64,000 bases of DNA from Bacteroidales bacterium UBA1402 (GTDB lineage Bacteria > Bacteroidota > Bacteroidia > Bacteroidales > UBA1402): NCBI GenBank assembly GCA_002305085.1, contig DBQE01000006.1:76139-140138 (forward strand). The letters are read 5' to 3'. The notes under the pieces were generated by a model that ran no database searches, was not told the DNA's origin, and saw nothing but the letters and a program-made list of their open reading frames with translations. This document shows, piece by piece, positions 35,480 to 47,027 of this stretch; the stretch's first letter is position 1; each line of letters opens with the position of its first letter. The position numbers and the translations under genes are program-made.

Positions 35480-38404
35480 TTAATCTTTCGAGAAAAGTTT
35501 GGTCGAAGATATCTTCACCACTTTCCCGTATGCGCCCAGAGCTTTCAGGTCGATGAGCTTGGGATCTCCCACGATGGCTATGGCCATGGGTTTACCTTTC
35601 AGTTCCTGTTGATAGAATTCCAACATTTGTTGCAGGTTGAATTGTTGAATTTCCGCTTCCTGCTGTAAAGCGGGATTGGCCGTATAACCCAGGCGTTTCC
35701 ATTCTTCGTATTGCTGACTTTTACTTCTGAAGTCGGGTTGGGTGGTAAAAGGTTCCAATTCCAGGTAAGCTTTCAAATTCTTTTCTCTTTCCCCATACAA
35801 GGGCATGTCGTCGACCAATTTCATATACAGGGCAACGGCATCGTTTACCTTGTCCGATTGTGTTCCAACATAACCTTGGAAACAAACTTGCTTTTCGGCT
35901 AGAGGGGGAGTTGCTAAAAATCCGTAGGCAGTGTAGGCCATGGAATTTTTTTCCCGAATTTCTTCAATGATCAAACTGGTCAGCCCTCCCGCTCCGAAAT
36001 AGCGATTGAAGGCTTTATATTTAAGGTCGTTTTCGGGTTTGTAAACATTGCCAGGAGCGAAGAAATATATTTTAGCTTGTTTGGTGTCGCTACGAGGTAG
36101 AAAGTAAATGGTGTTTTCCGAATATTCCTTGTACTCTTTCCATTCGGGAGAGCTGCTTTCTTTCTCGTTGGCTTTTAGAGGCAAGTATTGACTCAAGATA
36201 TCGTAAGCTTCGTCAAAAGGCATTGAACCGCAAAAATGCACTTCTGCCTCGTAGTCGGTTGCCCGTTGGAATTCACCGGTAAGTTTACTTAGTCCCATTT
36301 CGGTGAATACATTGTACAATGTGGGTCTGTCAAGATAGGCGGATTTGTCGCCATAAACCATATATTCAGCCAGGGCTTCGGCAATGATCTGGGGATCTTT
36401 GCCTTCACGTATACGGCTTTGGTAGATACTTCCTTGGACGTTGCGATATTGTTTTTCGTCCAGTTGAGGCATCAGAATCTGACGGGTCAGTAAACCAAGT
36501 GCTTCGACCAGGTGCTCTTCGAAGCCTTCCATTACCACATAGAGATAATCTTCGTCGACGCTATAACGACAGATGACATTCAGTTCGGTAATGGCTTTTT
36601 TGAATTCCTGGGGATCATACCCGCCCATTATGCCTGCATAATTCATCAGGGTGGTAGAGTATTCGAGATAGGGCATTTTTTCAGTACCGATTCCGTATTT
36701 CAGAATTAAAGAGAAAACCTCATTTTCGGTGTTTTGGGTATAAAACAGTTTGGACCTGGTATTGATTGGTTTGATGATAATTTCTTCGAAATCTTTTACA
36801 GGCAGGCTTTGTTTTTCGTAGCTCAGATCTTCAAAAGCCAGGGCATAAGCCGATTTCTTTTCGGAACTCTGAGTTATAGGCTTGATGTCGGGTTTTTCCA
36901 ATTTTTCTGCTGCCGGAAATTTTCCGGTACCGATATCGAAGAGCATATAATTGTTGTTACAATAGTCGGAAGCTACTCTTTGAATATCAGTTATTTGAAT
37001 CTTATTAAGTCTTCCTGTATAATCCAATGCCTCGTCCAGTGCCTTGCCGGAAATAAAGGCCCTGGTCAGGATTTCGGCTTTGTCGCTGTTGCTTTCCAGG
37101 TTGAGTTGGTAGCTGCGGATCATAGCCTTTTTGATGTTTTCCAAGAGCTTGGCATCAATGTTGCCTTGCTTGATGCGTTCAATTTCCTGGAAAAGAAGTT
37201 TTTCCACCGCTTTGGTGCTGGCAAAAACTTGTTGGGCGGGATCGTACGAAGGAATGGCGGAGATTACGATACGTCCCTGGTCTTCGAAGCTGATATGGCT
37301 GGCGGAAGCTCCCATCAAGTCCCCGTCGAGCACCAGTTTGTCGAGGTAGCCGGTTCTACTCCGGTTCGAAAGTAAATTCGTAAACAGATCGATTACCAGT
37401 GCATCGGGATTTGTTATTCCGGCGCCTTTAAAACCAACGTGAATGCGGGGAATATAAGCCAGGTTGGCTTTAAAATCTTTTCTTCCTTCTATTTCCCAAT
37501 CGGAAAATTCCGGCAGTGAGGGGAGGGTTTTAGAGGGCAGGCTTCCAAAGCTTTTTTCGATCAGGGGTCGGGCGGCTTGAGGGTCGATGTTTCCTACCAG
37601 AATCAGCGCCATATTTTCGGGCACATACCAATTGTTGTAAAATTCAATCAGTTTGCTTATTTGCGGATTTTTGAGGTGTTCCGACAGACCGATGATCGGC
37701 CTTTCGTAGGGATGTCCCTTAAAAAGATTATTGAGAAGATAATGAAATTCTCTTTGTTCAAGTTGGTCTTCGTAAAGATTGTATTCTTCGTAAACGGTTT
37801 CCAGTTCCGACTGAAAAGTTCTGAATACAGGAGCCCGGAAGCGTTCCGCATAGAGCATCAAAAAACGTTCCAATTGGTTGGGTGGAAAATCGTTGTAATA
37901 AGTTGTTAAGTCGTAAGATGTTCCTGCGTTCATACCGGTTCCACCCATGGTGGCGACCAGGGATGAAAACTCATTCGACTGGCTAAATTCGGAAGCTTTA
38001 ATACTCAATTCATTGATTTCCTTATTCAATGCTTCTTTTGTTTTCGGGTCGCTGCTGGCAGCTTTTTCGTCGTATTTGGCGATGATTTGCTCATAGAGTA
38101 TTTTTTCTTGTTCCCAGTCGGTCGTACCAATTCGGTCGGTTCCCTTAAACATCAGGTGTTCCAGATAGTGAGCCAGGCCGGTAAATTGTTCGGGGTCGTT
38201 TTTGCTGCCCACGTGCACGCTTACCCTGCCGTGTACGTCGGTCTGGTTGCTGTCGGGCCAGATATACACCTGCATACCGTTGCCCAGCTTAAAATGCGAT
38301 ACAGAGCCGACCGGACCGTTTTGAGCAACAGCGGTAACGGCAAAAGTCAGAAAAAAACCTGCGGTGAAAAAACGCAGGAATGAACGTAAATTAGATTTTT
38401 TCAT
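35480..38404 (-). CDS. M16 family zinc peptidase (PqqL-like)
   Basis: Signal peptide, inverted zinc motif GLAHYLEHLMFKGT, NAGTSYDLTTYY and HPYERPIIG. About 975 aa. Confidence 0.92.
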   Translation of the reverse strand: MKKSNLRSFLRFFTAGFFLTFAVTAVAQNGPVGSVSHFKLGNGMQVYIWPDSNQTDVHGRVSVHVGSKNDPEQFTGLAHYLEHLMFKGTDRIGTTDWEQEKILYEQIIAKYDEKAASSDPKTKEALNKEINELSIKASEFSQSNEFSSLVATMGGTGMNAGTSYDLTTYYNDFPPNQLERFLMLYAERFRAPVFRTFQSELETVYEEYNLYEDQLEQREFHYLLNNLFKGHPYERPIIGLSEHLKNPQISKLIEFYNNWYVPENMALILVGNIDPQAARPLIEKSFGSLPSKTLPSLPEFSDWEIEGRKDFKANLAYIPRIHVGFKGAGITNPDALVIDLFTNLLSNRSRTGYLDKLVLDGDLMGASASHISFEDQGRIVISAIPSYDPAQQVFASTKAVEKLLFQEIERIKQGNIDAKLLENIKKAMIRSYQLNLESNSDKAEILTRAFISGKALDEALDYTGRLNKIQITDIQRVASDYCNNNYMLFDIGTGKFPAAEKLEKPDIKPITQSSEKKSAYALAFEDLSYEKQSLPVKDFEEIIIKPINTRSKLFYTQNTENEVFSLILKYGIGTEKMPYLEYSTTLMNYAGIMGGYDPQEFKKAITELNVICRYSVDEDYLYVVMEGFEEHLVEALGLLTRQILMPQLDEKQYRNVQGSIYQSRIREGKDPQIIAEALAEYMVYGDKSAYLDRPTLYNVFTEMGLSKLTGEFQRATDYEAEVHFCGSMPFDEAYDILSQYLPLKANEKESSSPEWKEYKEYSENTIYFLPRSDTKQAKIYFFAPGNVYKPENDLKYKAFNRYFGAGGLTSLIIEEIREKNSMAYTAYGFLATPPLAEKQVCFQGYVGTQSDKVNDAVALYMKLVDDMPLYGEREKNLKAYLELEPFTTQPDFRSKSQQYEEWKRLGYTANPALQQEAEIQQFNLQQMLEFYQQELKGKPMAIAIVGDPKLIDLKALGAYGKVVKISSTKLFSKD

Positions 38405-38493
38405 ATGCTTGTTGTTAGAATAAGTCATAAAGGTTTTTAGTTTTTAGTTTTGTAATAATGCTGCATAATAATACTGCAAAGGAAACACTTTTT

Positions 38494-38525
38494 TTTGTTT
38501 TTGCTCTCACTTACTCCTATCTTTG
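38494..38525 (+). promoter_or_regulatory. Bacteroidota sigma-A promoter for hflX
   Basis: TTTG 38494-38497, 20-bp spacer, TATCTTTG 38518-38525. Confidence 0.6.
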
Positions 38526-38542
38526 TGCTTCAAAATTGATGC

Positions 38543-39778
38543 ATGCAGCCGAATTTCACTTTTGATACCTTTTCCGAAAGAAGCGTTTTGGTGGGTTTAA
38601 TTACCCCTGAACAAAACGAGCAGAAAGCTACCGAATATTTGGATGAATTGGCTTTTCTGGCCCAAACGGCTGGAGCAACACCTGTTAAGAGATTTCTGCA
38701 GCGATTGGATCAGCCTAATCCCAAAACCCTGGTAGGATCGGGGAAACTGTTGGAGATCAAGGAGTATGTCGAAAACAACGAGATTACCATGGTTATCTTT
38801 GACGATGACCTTAGTGCCAAACAACTTAAAAATCTGGATCAGGTACTGAAAGTGAAAATTTTGGACAGGACCAGCCTGATTCTAACTATTTTTGCTGAAC
38901 GTGCCCAGACTGCTTATGCCAAGACGCAGGTAGAATTGGCTCAATATCAGTATTTTTTACCTCGTCTCACCCGCTTATGGACCCACCTGGAACGCCAGCG
39001 CGGAGGAGGTGGAGTAAAGCTGCGCGGTCCCGGTGAAACCCAAATCGAGACGGACCGGAGAATTATCCTAAATAAAATTGCGCAGTTAAAAAAAGAGCTT
39101 AAACAAATCGATAAACAAAAAGTAGTACAACGCAGCAACCGGGGTAAAATGGTCCGTGTAGCCCTGGTCGGTTATACCAATGTGGGCAAGTCAACTTTGA
39201 TGAACCTGTTGAGTAAAACCGAGTTATTAGTCGAAAATAAATTGTTTGCCACCCTCGACACCACCGTGCGCAAGGTTATTATCGATAATCTTCCCTTTTT
39301 GTTGAGCGATACCGTAGGTTTTATCCGAAAACTGCCTCACGATTTGGTGGAATCTTTTAAATCAACCCTGGACGAAGTCCGCGAAGCGGATTTGCTGATT
39401 CATGTGGTAGACATTTCGCATCCCGGCTTCGAAGAACAGATTCTGGTAGTAGAAAACACATTGACGGAATTGGGTGTGCACAACAAACCGGTCATTTTGG
39501 TATTCAACAAAATCGATGCCTACTCTTTTGTTCCTAAAGAAGAGAGCGATTTAAGTCCGGAACTGCCCGAAAACAGGACTCTAGAGGCATTGCAAGCCTC
39601 CTGGATGTCCAAAATGCAGGATAATTGCCTCTTTGTTTCCGCCGTGGAGCGTACGAATATTGATAATCTGAAACAACTGCTCTACGATAAAGTAAAAGAA
39701 ATTCATGTTACCCGTTTTCCCTATAACGATTTTTTATATCCTCTTTACGATGTCTCCGAAAAAGACAGTTCACTTTAA
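38543..39778 (+). CDS. hflX: GTPase HflX
   Basis: GPGETQIETDRR, GYTNVGKS, LFATLDTT, DTVGFI and NKID. Confidence 0.97.
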   Translation: MQPNFTFDTFSERSVLVGLITPEQNEQKATEYLDELAFLAQTAGATPVKRFLQRLDQPNPKTLVGSGKLLEIKEYVENNEITMVIFDDDLSAKQLKNLDQVLKVKILDRTSLILTIFAERAQTAYAKTQVELAQYQYFLPRLTRLWTHLERQRGGGGVKLRGPGETQIETDRRIILNKIAQLKKELKQIDKQKVVQRSNRGKMVRVALVGYTNVGKSTLMNLLSKTELLVENKLFATLDTTVRKVIIDNLPFLLSDTVGFIRKLPHDLVESFKSTLDEVREADLLIHVVDISHPGFEEQILVVENTLTELGVHNKPVILVFNKIDAYSFVPKEESDLSPELPENRTLEALQASWMSKMQDNCLFVSAVERTNIDNLKQLLYDKVKEIHVTRFPYNDFLYPLYDVSEKDSSL

Positions 39779-39790
39779 CATTTTTCCGTT

Positions 39791-41854
39791 ATGATACCAC
39801 CTTATCGCAAACTAACTCCATCCGAAATTGAACAACTCGGTTCTCAGGCCTGTACGGCAGATGATTGGGATAAAGTTTTAGTACACGAGGATTTTTCGGC
39901 CGAAGCCATACGCAGTGTACATTTCTCGGGCGATATTAAGCTGGGAAAGTTTGAAGCTTGCCATGACCTGCCCGGAAACGTAAAAAAGAAATCCGGTATT
40001 CGCCGGGCTCACCTGCACAACTGCGAGGTAGGCAATAATGTACTTATCGAAAACATCGGAGAATACATCGCCAACTACGTCATCGAAGATAATTGCTGCA
40101 TCGAACAGCTCACCTTTATGATTTGTGATGCCGAAAATTCTTTCGGCAACGGAGTAGAAATCGAAGTACTGGACGAAACCGGAGGCCGTGTATCGCGAAT
40201 GTACAACGGCATCTCGGCTCACACTGCTTATCTGATGGCTATGTATCCCGGACGCAATGATTTGCAGGCACAACTCAAAAAGTTGACCGAGCACAAAGCT
40301 ATGCAAGAGCGTTCTGCCATGGGCAGGGTAGGGCATTCATCTTACCTGATCAATGCCGGTATGATATTGAACGTCAATATGGGGCCTTTTACCAAAGTCA
40401 GAGGTTCTTCTTTTTTGTACAACGGCAGCATCAACAGCACAGAAGAAGCTCCAGTACAGGTTGGGGCCGAAGTCAACGCCCAAAGTTTCATATTCTCGCC
40501 GGGTTCGGAAATCAAAGACGGGGTGCATTTGGTACGTTGTTTTGTGGGAGAGGCCTCTATTCTCGGACACGGTTTCACCGGTCATGATTCCTTTTTCTTT
40601 GCCAACTGCCGCATGGAAAACGGAGAAGCCTGCGCCAGTTTCGCAGGCCCTTTCAGCACTTCGATGCACAAATCTACCCTGATGATTGGAGGTTTGTTTT
40701 CTTTTTGCAACTTCGGCTCAGGCTCCAACCAAAGTAACCATCTCTACAAATTGGGCCCCATGCACAGCGGTGTACTGGAAAGAGGTACTAAAACAGGCAG
40801 TGATTCTTATTTATTGTGGCCGGCTAAAATCGGTCCTTTCTCGCTGGTCAAGGGCCGCCATGTCAACAACCCCGATACTACGGCTTTCCCCTTTTCTTAC
40901 CTGGTCGAAAACAGAGGTATGAGTTACCTGATTCCGGCTGCCTCCCTGCCCAGCATCGGATTGTTGCGCGACGTGAACAAGTGGCCCGACCGTGATTTAC
41001 GTAAATCGTCCAAAAAACAAGACAAGATTATTTTCCATTTTCTCAATCCCAATACCGTAGAGGAAATCCGAAAAGGCATTAGAATCGGTAATGACCTGCG
41101 CTTACGCGCTTCTCTGGGTTATAACCCCGAAGACGCCGCCATGCAGGGCGTGGTAAGCGAACTCAGACACACTGCTCCCGACGATCCCATTCTGGAATAC
41201 CGCTACCGGGGAATGCGCATCCGTCGTTCCAATCTCGAAAAAGGTTCTGCCTTGTACAAAATGGCCATACAAATTTACGTCGGAGATGTTGTGTTACGGC
41301 AAATAGAAGCTTTCAAACAGAAAAAAGACCGGGAAGACGACAAAATCATCTGGAAAGACTTTATCAAAACCCGCGTGTTCGAAAAGGAAATTCCGTATAA
41401 TCAGGAAAAGTGGCTGGATATAGCGGGGCTGGTTGCTCCTGAGGCGGCCGTAGAGTACCTGATCGGTTGCATCGAAAGAGGCAAATTTACCAGTGTAGAA
41501 CAACTCGAAGATCGTTGGGAAGAATTGTATCAGACCTACCAGGAAAGGGAGTGGGCTTATGCCTTTCCACTGATTGCCGAACTGAGGAACATCGCCTTGC
41601 GCGACATCAAGCCCGCCACCTTGCTTGCTATCCTGGACGAATGGCAGGAAGCCTCGCTTACGCTTTGCAATCAGGCATTGCTCGATGCTGAACTCGAATT
41701 GTCCATGAAACGATCTTTTGCTCCCGAAGAAGGTGAAGTTCCCAATTCCTTTGTTGAGAAATTACGCAAATCCATTGGCGAAATACCCGGAAAAGGCGAT
41801 GTCGCCAGGCAATTTATTCAGGATAATATTGTAATGCAGAATAACCTGCATTAA
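39791..41854 (+). CDS. DUF4954 family protein (beta-helix-like repeats)
   Basis: YRKLT..EIEQL start, [30 protein letters not shown] and KWPDRD. Typical hflX neighbour in Bacteroidales. Confidence 0.75.
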   Translation: MIPPYRKLTPSEIEQLGSQACTADDWDKVLVHEDFSAEAIRSVHFSGDIKLGKFEACHDLPGNVKKKSGIRRAHLHNCEVGNNVLIENIGEYIANYVIEDNCCIEQLTFMICDAENSFGNGVEIEVLDETGGRVSRMYNGISAHTAYLMAMYPGRNDLQAQLKKLTEHKAMQERSAMGRVGHSSYLINAGMILNVNMGPFTKVRGSSFLYNGSINSTEEAPVQVGAEVNAQSFIFSPGSEIKDGVHLVRCFVGEASILGHGFTGHDSFFFANCRMENGEACASFAGPFSTSMHKSTLMIGGLFSFCNFGSGSNQSNHLYKLGPMHSGVLERGTKTGSDSYLLWPAKIGPFSLVKGRHVNNPDTTAFPFSYLVENRGMSYLIPAASLPSIGLLRDVNKWPDRDLRKSSKKQDKIIFHFLNPNTVEEIRKGIRIGNDLRLRASLGYNPEDAAMQGVVSELRHTAPDDPILEYRYRGMRIRRSNLEKGSALYKMAIQIYVGDVVLRQIEAFKQKKDREDDKIIWKDFIKTRVFEKEIPYNQEKWLDIAGLVAPEAAVEYLIGCIERGKFTSVEQLEDRWEELYQTYQEREWAYAFPLIAELRNIALRDIKPATLLAILDEWQEASLTLCNQALLDAELELSMKRSFAPEEGEVPNSFVEKLRKSIGEIPGKGDVARQFIQDNIVMQNNLH

Positions 41855-41886
41855 TTGTTTACTGTAAATACCCTTATACTTTTCTT

Positions 41887-43524
41887 ATGTCAACACCCGA
41901 GTTTAAGTATCAAAATCCTTTTCCCCTGGGAAAAGACGACACCGAATATTATTTATTAAGCAAAGACTATATTTCGACGGCTCAATTCGAAGGCAGAGAA
42001 ATTCTGAAAGTTCAACCCGAAGCTTTGAGATTATTGGCAAGAACCGCTATGCGTGATTGTTCTTTTTTGCTCAGGCCGGCCCATCAGGCGCAGGTGGCTG
42101 CCATATTGGACGATCCCCAGGCTAGTGAAAATGATAAATATGTGGCTCTCACCATGTTGAGAAATGCCGAAGTTTCGGCCAAAGGCGTGTTGCCTTTTTG
42201 CCAGGATACCGGCACCGCTACTGTGGTAGCCAAAAAAGGTCAGGAAGTCTGGACGGGCGGTGGAGACGAAGAAGCACTTTCGCATGGAGTTTACGACACT
42301 TATACCAGCGAAAACCTGCGCTACTCGCAAACCATACCCCTCGACATGTACCGCGAAAAAAATTCAGGTAACAATTTGCCTGCTCAAATCGATATTCAGT
42401 CGGTCGATGGCAACGAATACCACTTTTTGTTTATAGCTAAGGGCGGAGGTTCGCAAAATAAGACCTATTTGTTTCAGGAAACCAAAGCCTTGTTGAATCC
42501 CAAAACCCTTGAGGCTTTTTTGATCGACAAGATGCGCAACCTGGGTACCGCCGCCTGTCCCCCGTATCATATTGCTTTTGTTATCGGAGGCAGTTCGGCC
42601 GACATGACACTTAAAACCGTCAAGTTGGCCTCTACGCATTATTACGATTCCTTACCCCTGGAAGGTAACGACTACGGACAAGCGTTCCGCGACGTGAAAC
42701 TGGAGGAAAAAATGCTGAAAGCTGCCGGAGAACTGGGTTTGGGAGCCCAGTTTGGAGGAAAGTATTTTGCTCACGATATTCGCATTATCCGCTTGCCCCG
42801 TCACGGCGCCTCTTGTCCCGTAGGGTTGGCGGTCTCCTGTTCTGCCGACCGCAACATTAAGGCTAAGATAAACAAAGAGGGCATTTGGCTCGAAAAACTC
42901 GAAGAAAACCCCGGCAAATACATACCCGAAGCTTTACGCCGGTCGGGCGAAGGTGACGCTGTTAAGATAGACTTAAACCGTCCTATGAAAGAAATTTTGG
43001 CCGACTTGAGTCGATACCCGGTGGCCACCCGTTTATCCTTGAATGGAACCATCATCGTAGGCAGAGACATGGCCCACGCCAAACTCAAAGAACGCTTGGA
43101 CGAAGGAAAAGGTTTGCCCCAATATATTAAAGACCACCCCATTTATTATGCCGGCCCGGCTAAACAGCCTCAAGGCCTGCCCTCGGGTTCCTTTGGGCCC
43201 ACAACAGCCGGACGTATGGATTCTTATGTGGAATTGTTCCAGCGAAACGGCGGCAGTATGGTCATGATAGCCAAAGGTAACCGCAGCCGGCAGGTGACCG
43301 AGGCCTGTCAAAAATACGGAGGTTTTTATCTGGGCAGTATCGGAGGGCCTGCTGCTATTTTGGCCGAGCAAAACATCAAATCGGTGGAATGCCTGGAATA
43401 TCCCGAATTGGGCATGGAAGCCATCTGGAAAATCGAAGTGGAGAACTTTCCTGCTTTTATTTTGGTCGACGACAAAGGCAACGATTTCTTTGAGCAAATC
43501 AAGCCGGCTTGTTTAAACTGCTGA
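41887..43524 (+). CDS. Class I (Fe-S) fumarate hydratase
   Basis: [34 protein letters not shown] and GPTTAGRMD. Confidence 0.96.
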   Translation: MSTPEFKYQNPFPLGKDDTEYYLLSKDYISTAQFEGREILKVQPEALRLLARTAMRDCSFLLRPAHQAQVAAILDDPQASENDKYVALTMLRNAEVSAKGVLPFCQDTGTATVVAKKGQEVWTGGGDEEALSHGVYDTYTSENLRYSQTIPLDMYREKNSGNNLPAQIDIQSVDGNEYHFLFIAKGGGSQNKTYLFQETKALLNPKTLEAFLIDKMRNLGTAACPPYHIAFVIGGSSADMTLKTVKLASTHYYDSLPLEGNDYGQAFRDVKLEEKMLKAAGELGLGAQFGGKYFAHDIRIIRLPRHGASCPVGLAVSCSADRNIKAKINKEGIWLEKLEENPGKYIPEALRRSGEGDAVKIDLNRPMKEILADLSRYPVATRLSLNGTIIVGRDMAHAKLKERLDEGKGLPQYIKDHPIYYAGPAKQPQGLPSGSFGPTTAGRMDSYVELFQRNGGSMVMIAKGNRSRQVTEACQKYGGFYLGSIGGPAAILAEQNIKSVECLEYPELGMEAIWKIEVENFPAFILVDDKGNDFFEQIKPACLNC

Positions 43525-43527
43525 GAA

Positions 43528-44457
43528 TCACTCCCTGTATTTTCCATCCCCGGCATCTTCGATGATACTCAGGTAGCTTAGATACCGCGATTGGCTGATC
43601 CGGTGTTCTTCGATCGCTTTCAGCACGGCGCAATCCGGCTCGTGCCGGTGTGTGCAGTCGTTGTAGTAACAACGGGCCGATGTGCGAAAGATTTCGGGAA
43701 AGAAATGACCTACTTCGGCAACATGCATATCTACCGTATGAAACCCTTTAATTCCCGGAGTATCAATAATGTAAGTATCCTCTTCGATTTCGAACATTTC
43801 GGAATAAGAGGTAACATGCCTCCCTCTGTTGTGGTAATCCGATATCGGACCAACCTTGGTCTGAATGGCCGGATTAAGTCTGTTGACCAAAGATGACTTA
43901 CCTACACCGGAGTTGCCGGCCAGAAGGCAGATTTTACCTCTTATCAGCGAGCGCACTTCCTCTATGCCTTCGCCTTTGAGAGCGGATACTTTCAGGCAGG
44001 GATAGGGGATGGATTCGTAGAGCCTAATCAGCGCTTCGAGGTATTCGGAATCTTCAGCCCCGTAGAGGTCTATTTTGTTGAAAAGCAGGCAGCAGGGAAT
44101 GCGATAGGCTTCGGCCGTAGCCAGAAAGCGGTCTACAAAAATGGTATGAGTTTGAGGGTGGTTTACGGTGACCATCAATATGGCCAGGTCGATATTAGCC
44201 GCCAGAATATGCAATTGTTTGGAAAGATTGGCCGCTTTGCGTACTATGAAATTGCTGCGATCCAGCACCTCAGTAATAAAGTATGTCTGTTCGTCGGAGG
44301 TTTTTTCGATCAGCACACGATCGCCGATGGCTACGGGATTGGTGCTGCTCAGGTCTTTTATCCTGAAATTCCCTTTAACCACACATTCGTGCAAGTCCCC
44401 GGCAAGAGTTTTGACCAAAAAGACATTGCCGGCGGTTTTGATGACCAGTCCTTCCAT
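43528..44457 (-). CDS. rsgA: Ribosome small subunit-dependent GTPase A
   Basis: Circularly permuted GTPase: NKID, GNSGVGKSS, DTPG. Zinc finger CYYNDCTHRHEPDC. Confidence 0.96.
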   Translation of the reverse strand: MEGLVIKTAGNVFLVKTLAGDLHECVVKGNFRIKDLSSTNPVAIGDRVLIEKTSDEQTYFITEVLDRSNFIVRKAANLSKQLHILAANIDLAILMVTVNHPQTHTIFVDRFLATAEAYRIPCCLLFNKIDLYGAEDSEYLEALIRLYESIPYPCLKVSALKGEGIEEVRSLIRGKICLLAGNSGVGKSSLVNRLNPAIQTKVGPISDYHNRGRHVTSYSEMFEIEEDTYIIDTPGIKGFHTVDMHVAEVGHFFPEIFRTSARCYYNDCTHRHEPDCAVLKAIEEHRISQSRYLSYLSIIEDAGDGKYRE

Positions 44458-44464
44458 CGACGAA

Positions 44465-45028
44465 TTAAACAGTCATGATTTCCTTTTCTTTGAGGGCCAC
44501 TATCTCATCGATGGATTTGATGAATTTGTCGTGCGTTTTCTGGACTTCGGCTTCGGCATTTTTGCCTATATCTTCCGACAGGCCCTCTTTGACCAATTTC
44601 TTGATGGATTCTATCGTGTCGCGGCGGGCGTTGCGAATGCTGATTTTAGCTTCTTCTCCTTCGTTTTTCACCTGCCTGCTCAGCTGACGGCGCCTCTCTT
44701 CGGTGAGCGGAGGCACCGCCAGGCGGATGATTTCGCCGTTGTTAACCGGGGTGATGCCTACATCGGAAGCCATAATGGCTCTTTCGATTTCCTTGATCAT
44801 ATTTTTTTCCCAAGGTTGTATGGCGATGGTCTTGGGATCCGGAGTACTCAGGTTGGCCACTTTGTCCAAATCCGTCTGCGTACCGTAATAATCGACGCGG
44901 ATGTTATCCAGAATACTGACATTGGCCTTGCCGGCACGAATCCGTGAAAGGGTTTTTGTCAGAAAGTCGATGGTTTGAGACATATTCTCTTCGGTCATGC
45001 TCAGGTAAAGATCCAATTCTTCGTTCAT
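44465..45028 (-). CDS. frr: Ribosome recycling factor
   Basis: IRAGKAN, VDYYG, PPLTEERRR and RNARRD. Confidence 0.97.
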   Translation of the reverse strand: MNEELDLYLSMTEENMSQTIDFLTKTLSRIRAGKANVSILDNIRVDYYGTQTDLDKVANLSTPDPKTIAIQPWEKNMIKEIERAIMASDVGITPVNNGEIIRLAVPPLTEERRRQLSRQVKNEGEEAKISIRNARRDTIESIKKLVKEGLSEDIGKNAEAEVQKTHDKFIKSIDEIVALKEKEIMTV

Positions 45029-45056
45029 AGGTATAGTCTTAAAGTGTTTGCTGAAA

Positions 45057-45764
45057 TTAATTGTGAACCAGGGTGCCGATATTTTCTCCCTTAAGGACTT
45101 TTACCAGATTTCCTTTTTTGTCCATGTTAAAGACAACGACAGGTAAATTGTTTTCCCGGCAAAGAGTGGTAGCAGTTAAGTCCATTATTTTGAGGTTCTT
45201 GTCGTAGATTTCTTCAAAGCTGATCTTGTCGTATTTAACAGCTTTGGGGTCTTTTTCGGGATCGGCCGTATATACGCCGTCCACGCGGGTGCCTTTAAGC
45301 ATCAGATCGGCCTTTATTTCTACGGCACGCAGCGACGCCGCGGTGTCGGTGGTGAAAAACGGGCAACCCGTGCCGGCCGAAAAAATGACCACATGGCCTT
45401 TTTCGAGAAAATCAATGGCTTTATCGGTGCTGTAGTGTTCCGCTACCGGCTCCATATTGACGGCCGTAAGCACGTGGTTGGATACCTCCAGTTTATTCAA
45501 AGCCGAACTCAGGGCCAGGCTGTTTATGACAGTGGCCAGCATACCCATCTGATCGCCTTTGACACGATCGAATCCGCTCTGGGAACCGCTCAAACCTCTG
45601 AAAATATTTCCGCCGCCTATCACTATGCCCACTTGTATGCCCATAATCTGCAGCTCTTTGATCTGTTCGGCATATTCGTTGAGGCGACCGGGATCTATCC
45701 CGTAGTTGCTTTTCCCCATCAGCGACTCTCCACTGAGTTTCAATAATATTCTTTTGTATTTCAT
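45057..45764 (-). CDS. pyrH: UMP kinase
   Basis: RILLKLSGE, GGGNIFRG, DQMGMLAT and PFFTTDTAA. -7 box TACTTTTG on the minus strand at 45786-45793. Confidence 0.97.
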   Translation of the reverse strand: MKYKRILLKLSGESLMGKSNYGIDPGRLNEYAEQIKELQIMGIQVGIVIGGGNIFRGLSGSQSGFDRVKGDQMGMLATVINSLALSSALNKLEVSNHVLTAVNMEPVAEHYSTDKAIDFLEKGHVVIFSAGTGCPFFTTDTAASLRAVEIKADLMLKGTRVDGVYTADPEKDPKAVKYDKISFEEIYDKNLKIMDLTATTLCRENNLPVVVFNMDKKGNLVKVLKGENIGTLVHN

Positions 45765-45806
45765 GCTGATCTTGTCCTGGACGCACAAAAGTACATTTTT
45801 TTTGCG

Positions 45807-46562
45807 CTAAATCAAATACTCTATTTCTTTAAATGCGAAGGCTCTGATCCATCCCTCGTCGCTTTCAACTTCCAACTGCCCGCTTGGCATCACCCGAAGT
45901 ATTCTGGCCCTGAACGGTCTGTTCCCCTGTTTATAGTGGTGAAAACCTTCTTTGCGGTAAAGATGTCGGTGGTAAGCTGCTGCAATTTCTGTTTTTCCTT
46001 CTTCCGTGAAGGTTTTGGCATAAGCCTCACCCAGCCGGCAGTGCAGTGCAAGCGTTAAATCGACTAAGTCAAAAGTCCGCCCGCACAACTGAAAGACGGA
46101 AACAGGATTGGGCAGGTTTGGCCTGAATTGCTCCTGGTTTACATTTATACCTATACCGGCAATACTGCCCAGAATGGATTTTCCCCGTAGTTCGTTTTCA
46201 ATCAAAATACCGGCTATTTTTTTGTCATCCACATAAATATCATTGGGCCATTTGATCTCGGCCTGCAGGCCGATTTCCTCGCCGAGTGTTTTCAACAGAG
46301 CCACTGAAATCGCCTGGGACAACACAAAGAAAGAGGCCGGACTAAGGTGTCCGGGACGAAGAAAAACACTGTACGCAATATTTTTGCCTGCTTCCGATAC
46401 CCAGATATTGTCTTGTTGTCCCCGGCCTGCCGTCTGATTAAAGCTGGCCAGAGCATAAGCTTCGCTCAACAGGGGCTCTTTCTCCCATATTTCCCTCAAT
46501 AAAGAGTTGGTAGAACTCAGTTCGTCCACAAAGTGAAGGTCGGCTGCACTAAAAGTTTTCAA
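45807..46562 (-). CDS. birA: Biotin--acetyl-CoA-carboxylase ligase (group I, no HTH)
   Basis: SSTN, QTAGRGQ, IKWPNDIY, KKIAGILIE and GIGINVNQ. TTG start. Confidence 0.92.
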   Translation of the reverse strand: MKTFSAADLHFVDELSSTNSLLREIWEKEPLLSEAYALASFNQTAGRGQQDNIWVSEAGKNIAYSVFLRPGHLSPASFFVLSQAISVALLKTLGEEIGLQAEIKWPNDIYVDDKKIAGILIENELRGKSILGSIAGIGINVNQEQFRPNLPNPVSVFQLCGRTFDLVDLTLALHCRLGEAYAKTFTEEGKTEIAAAYHRHLYRKEGFHHYKQGNRPFRARILRVMPSGQLEVESDEGWIRAFAFKEIEYLI

Positions 46563-46592
46563 AGTCTTGGTCGGTGTTAGTAATTAAATAAG

Positions 46593-46672
46593 TTTGCATG
46601 GGAGCGTAGCTTGTGCCGTCTTGCCGTTAGCGTTTTGTTTCAGTATGGTGATTAATAGATTTGCATGGGAGC
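46593..46672. repeat. Direct duplication of the yraN 3' end
   Basis: TTTGCATGGGAGC at 46593-46605 and at 46660-46672 (period 67), with similar flanks. Confidence 0.7.
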
Positions 46673-47023
46673 TCTGAAGGCGTCTTCGATATGTTCTATT
46701 TCCCATTGCTCTCCCTGCCTGAGCAGCGACAAAATATCAAAGCGCACCGGCAGGTCGATCCGATGGAGTTTTATATAATGATGGGCAGCCTGAACGATAC
46801 GACGTATTTTTTTACGATCTACTGCCTGCCAGGGCTCCTCGTACTCACTGCCGCTGCGGGTTTTTACTTCGGCTACTATCAACATATTTTCAAAGAGGGC
46901 AATAATATCCAGCTCTTTATGTCCGGAACGCCAGTTGCAATCCAATATTCGGTAGCCTTTTTGCCGAAGAAAATATTGAGCGGCGACTTCGCCAGATTTT
47001 CCCAATTCGTTGTGACCGGCCAT
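46652..47023 (-). CDS. YraN family protein (UPF0102)
   Basis: LGKSGE, GYRILDCNWR, ELDIIA, EVKTR and RFDI. Confidence 0.92.
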   Translation of the reverse strand: MAGHNELGKSGEVAAQYFLRQKGYRILDCNWRSGHKELDIIALFENMLIVAEVKTRSGSEYEEPWQAVDRKKIRRIVQAAHHYIKLHRIDLPVRFDILSLLRQGEQWEIEHIEDAFRAPMQIY

Positions 47024-47027
47024 TTGT

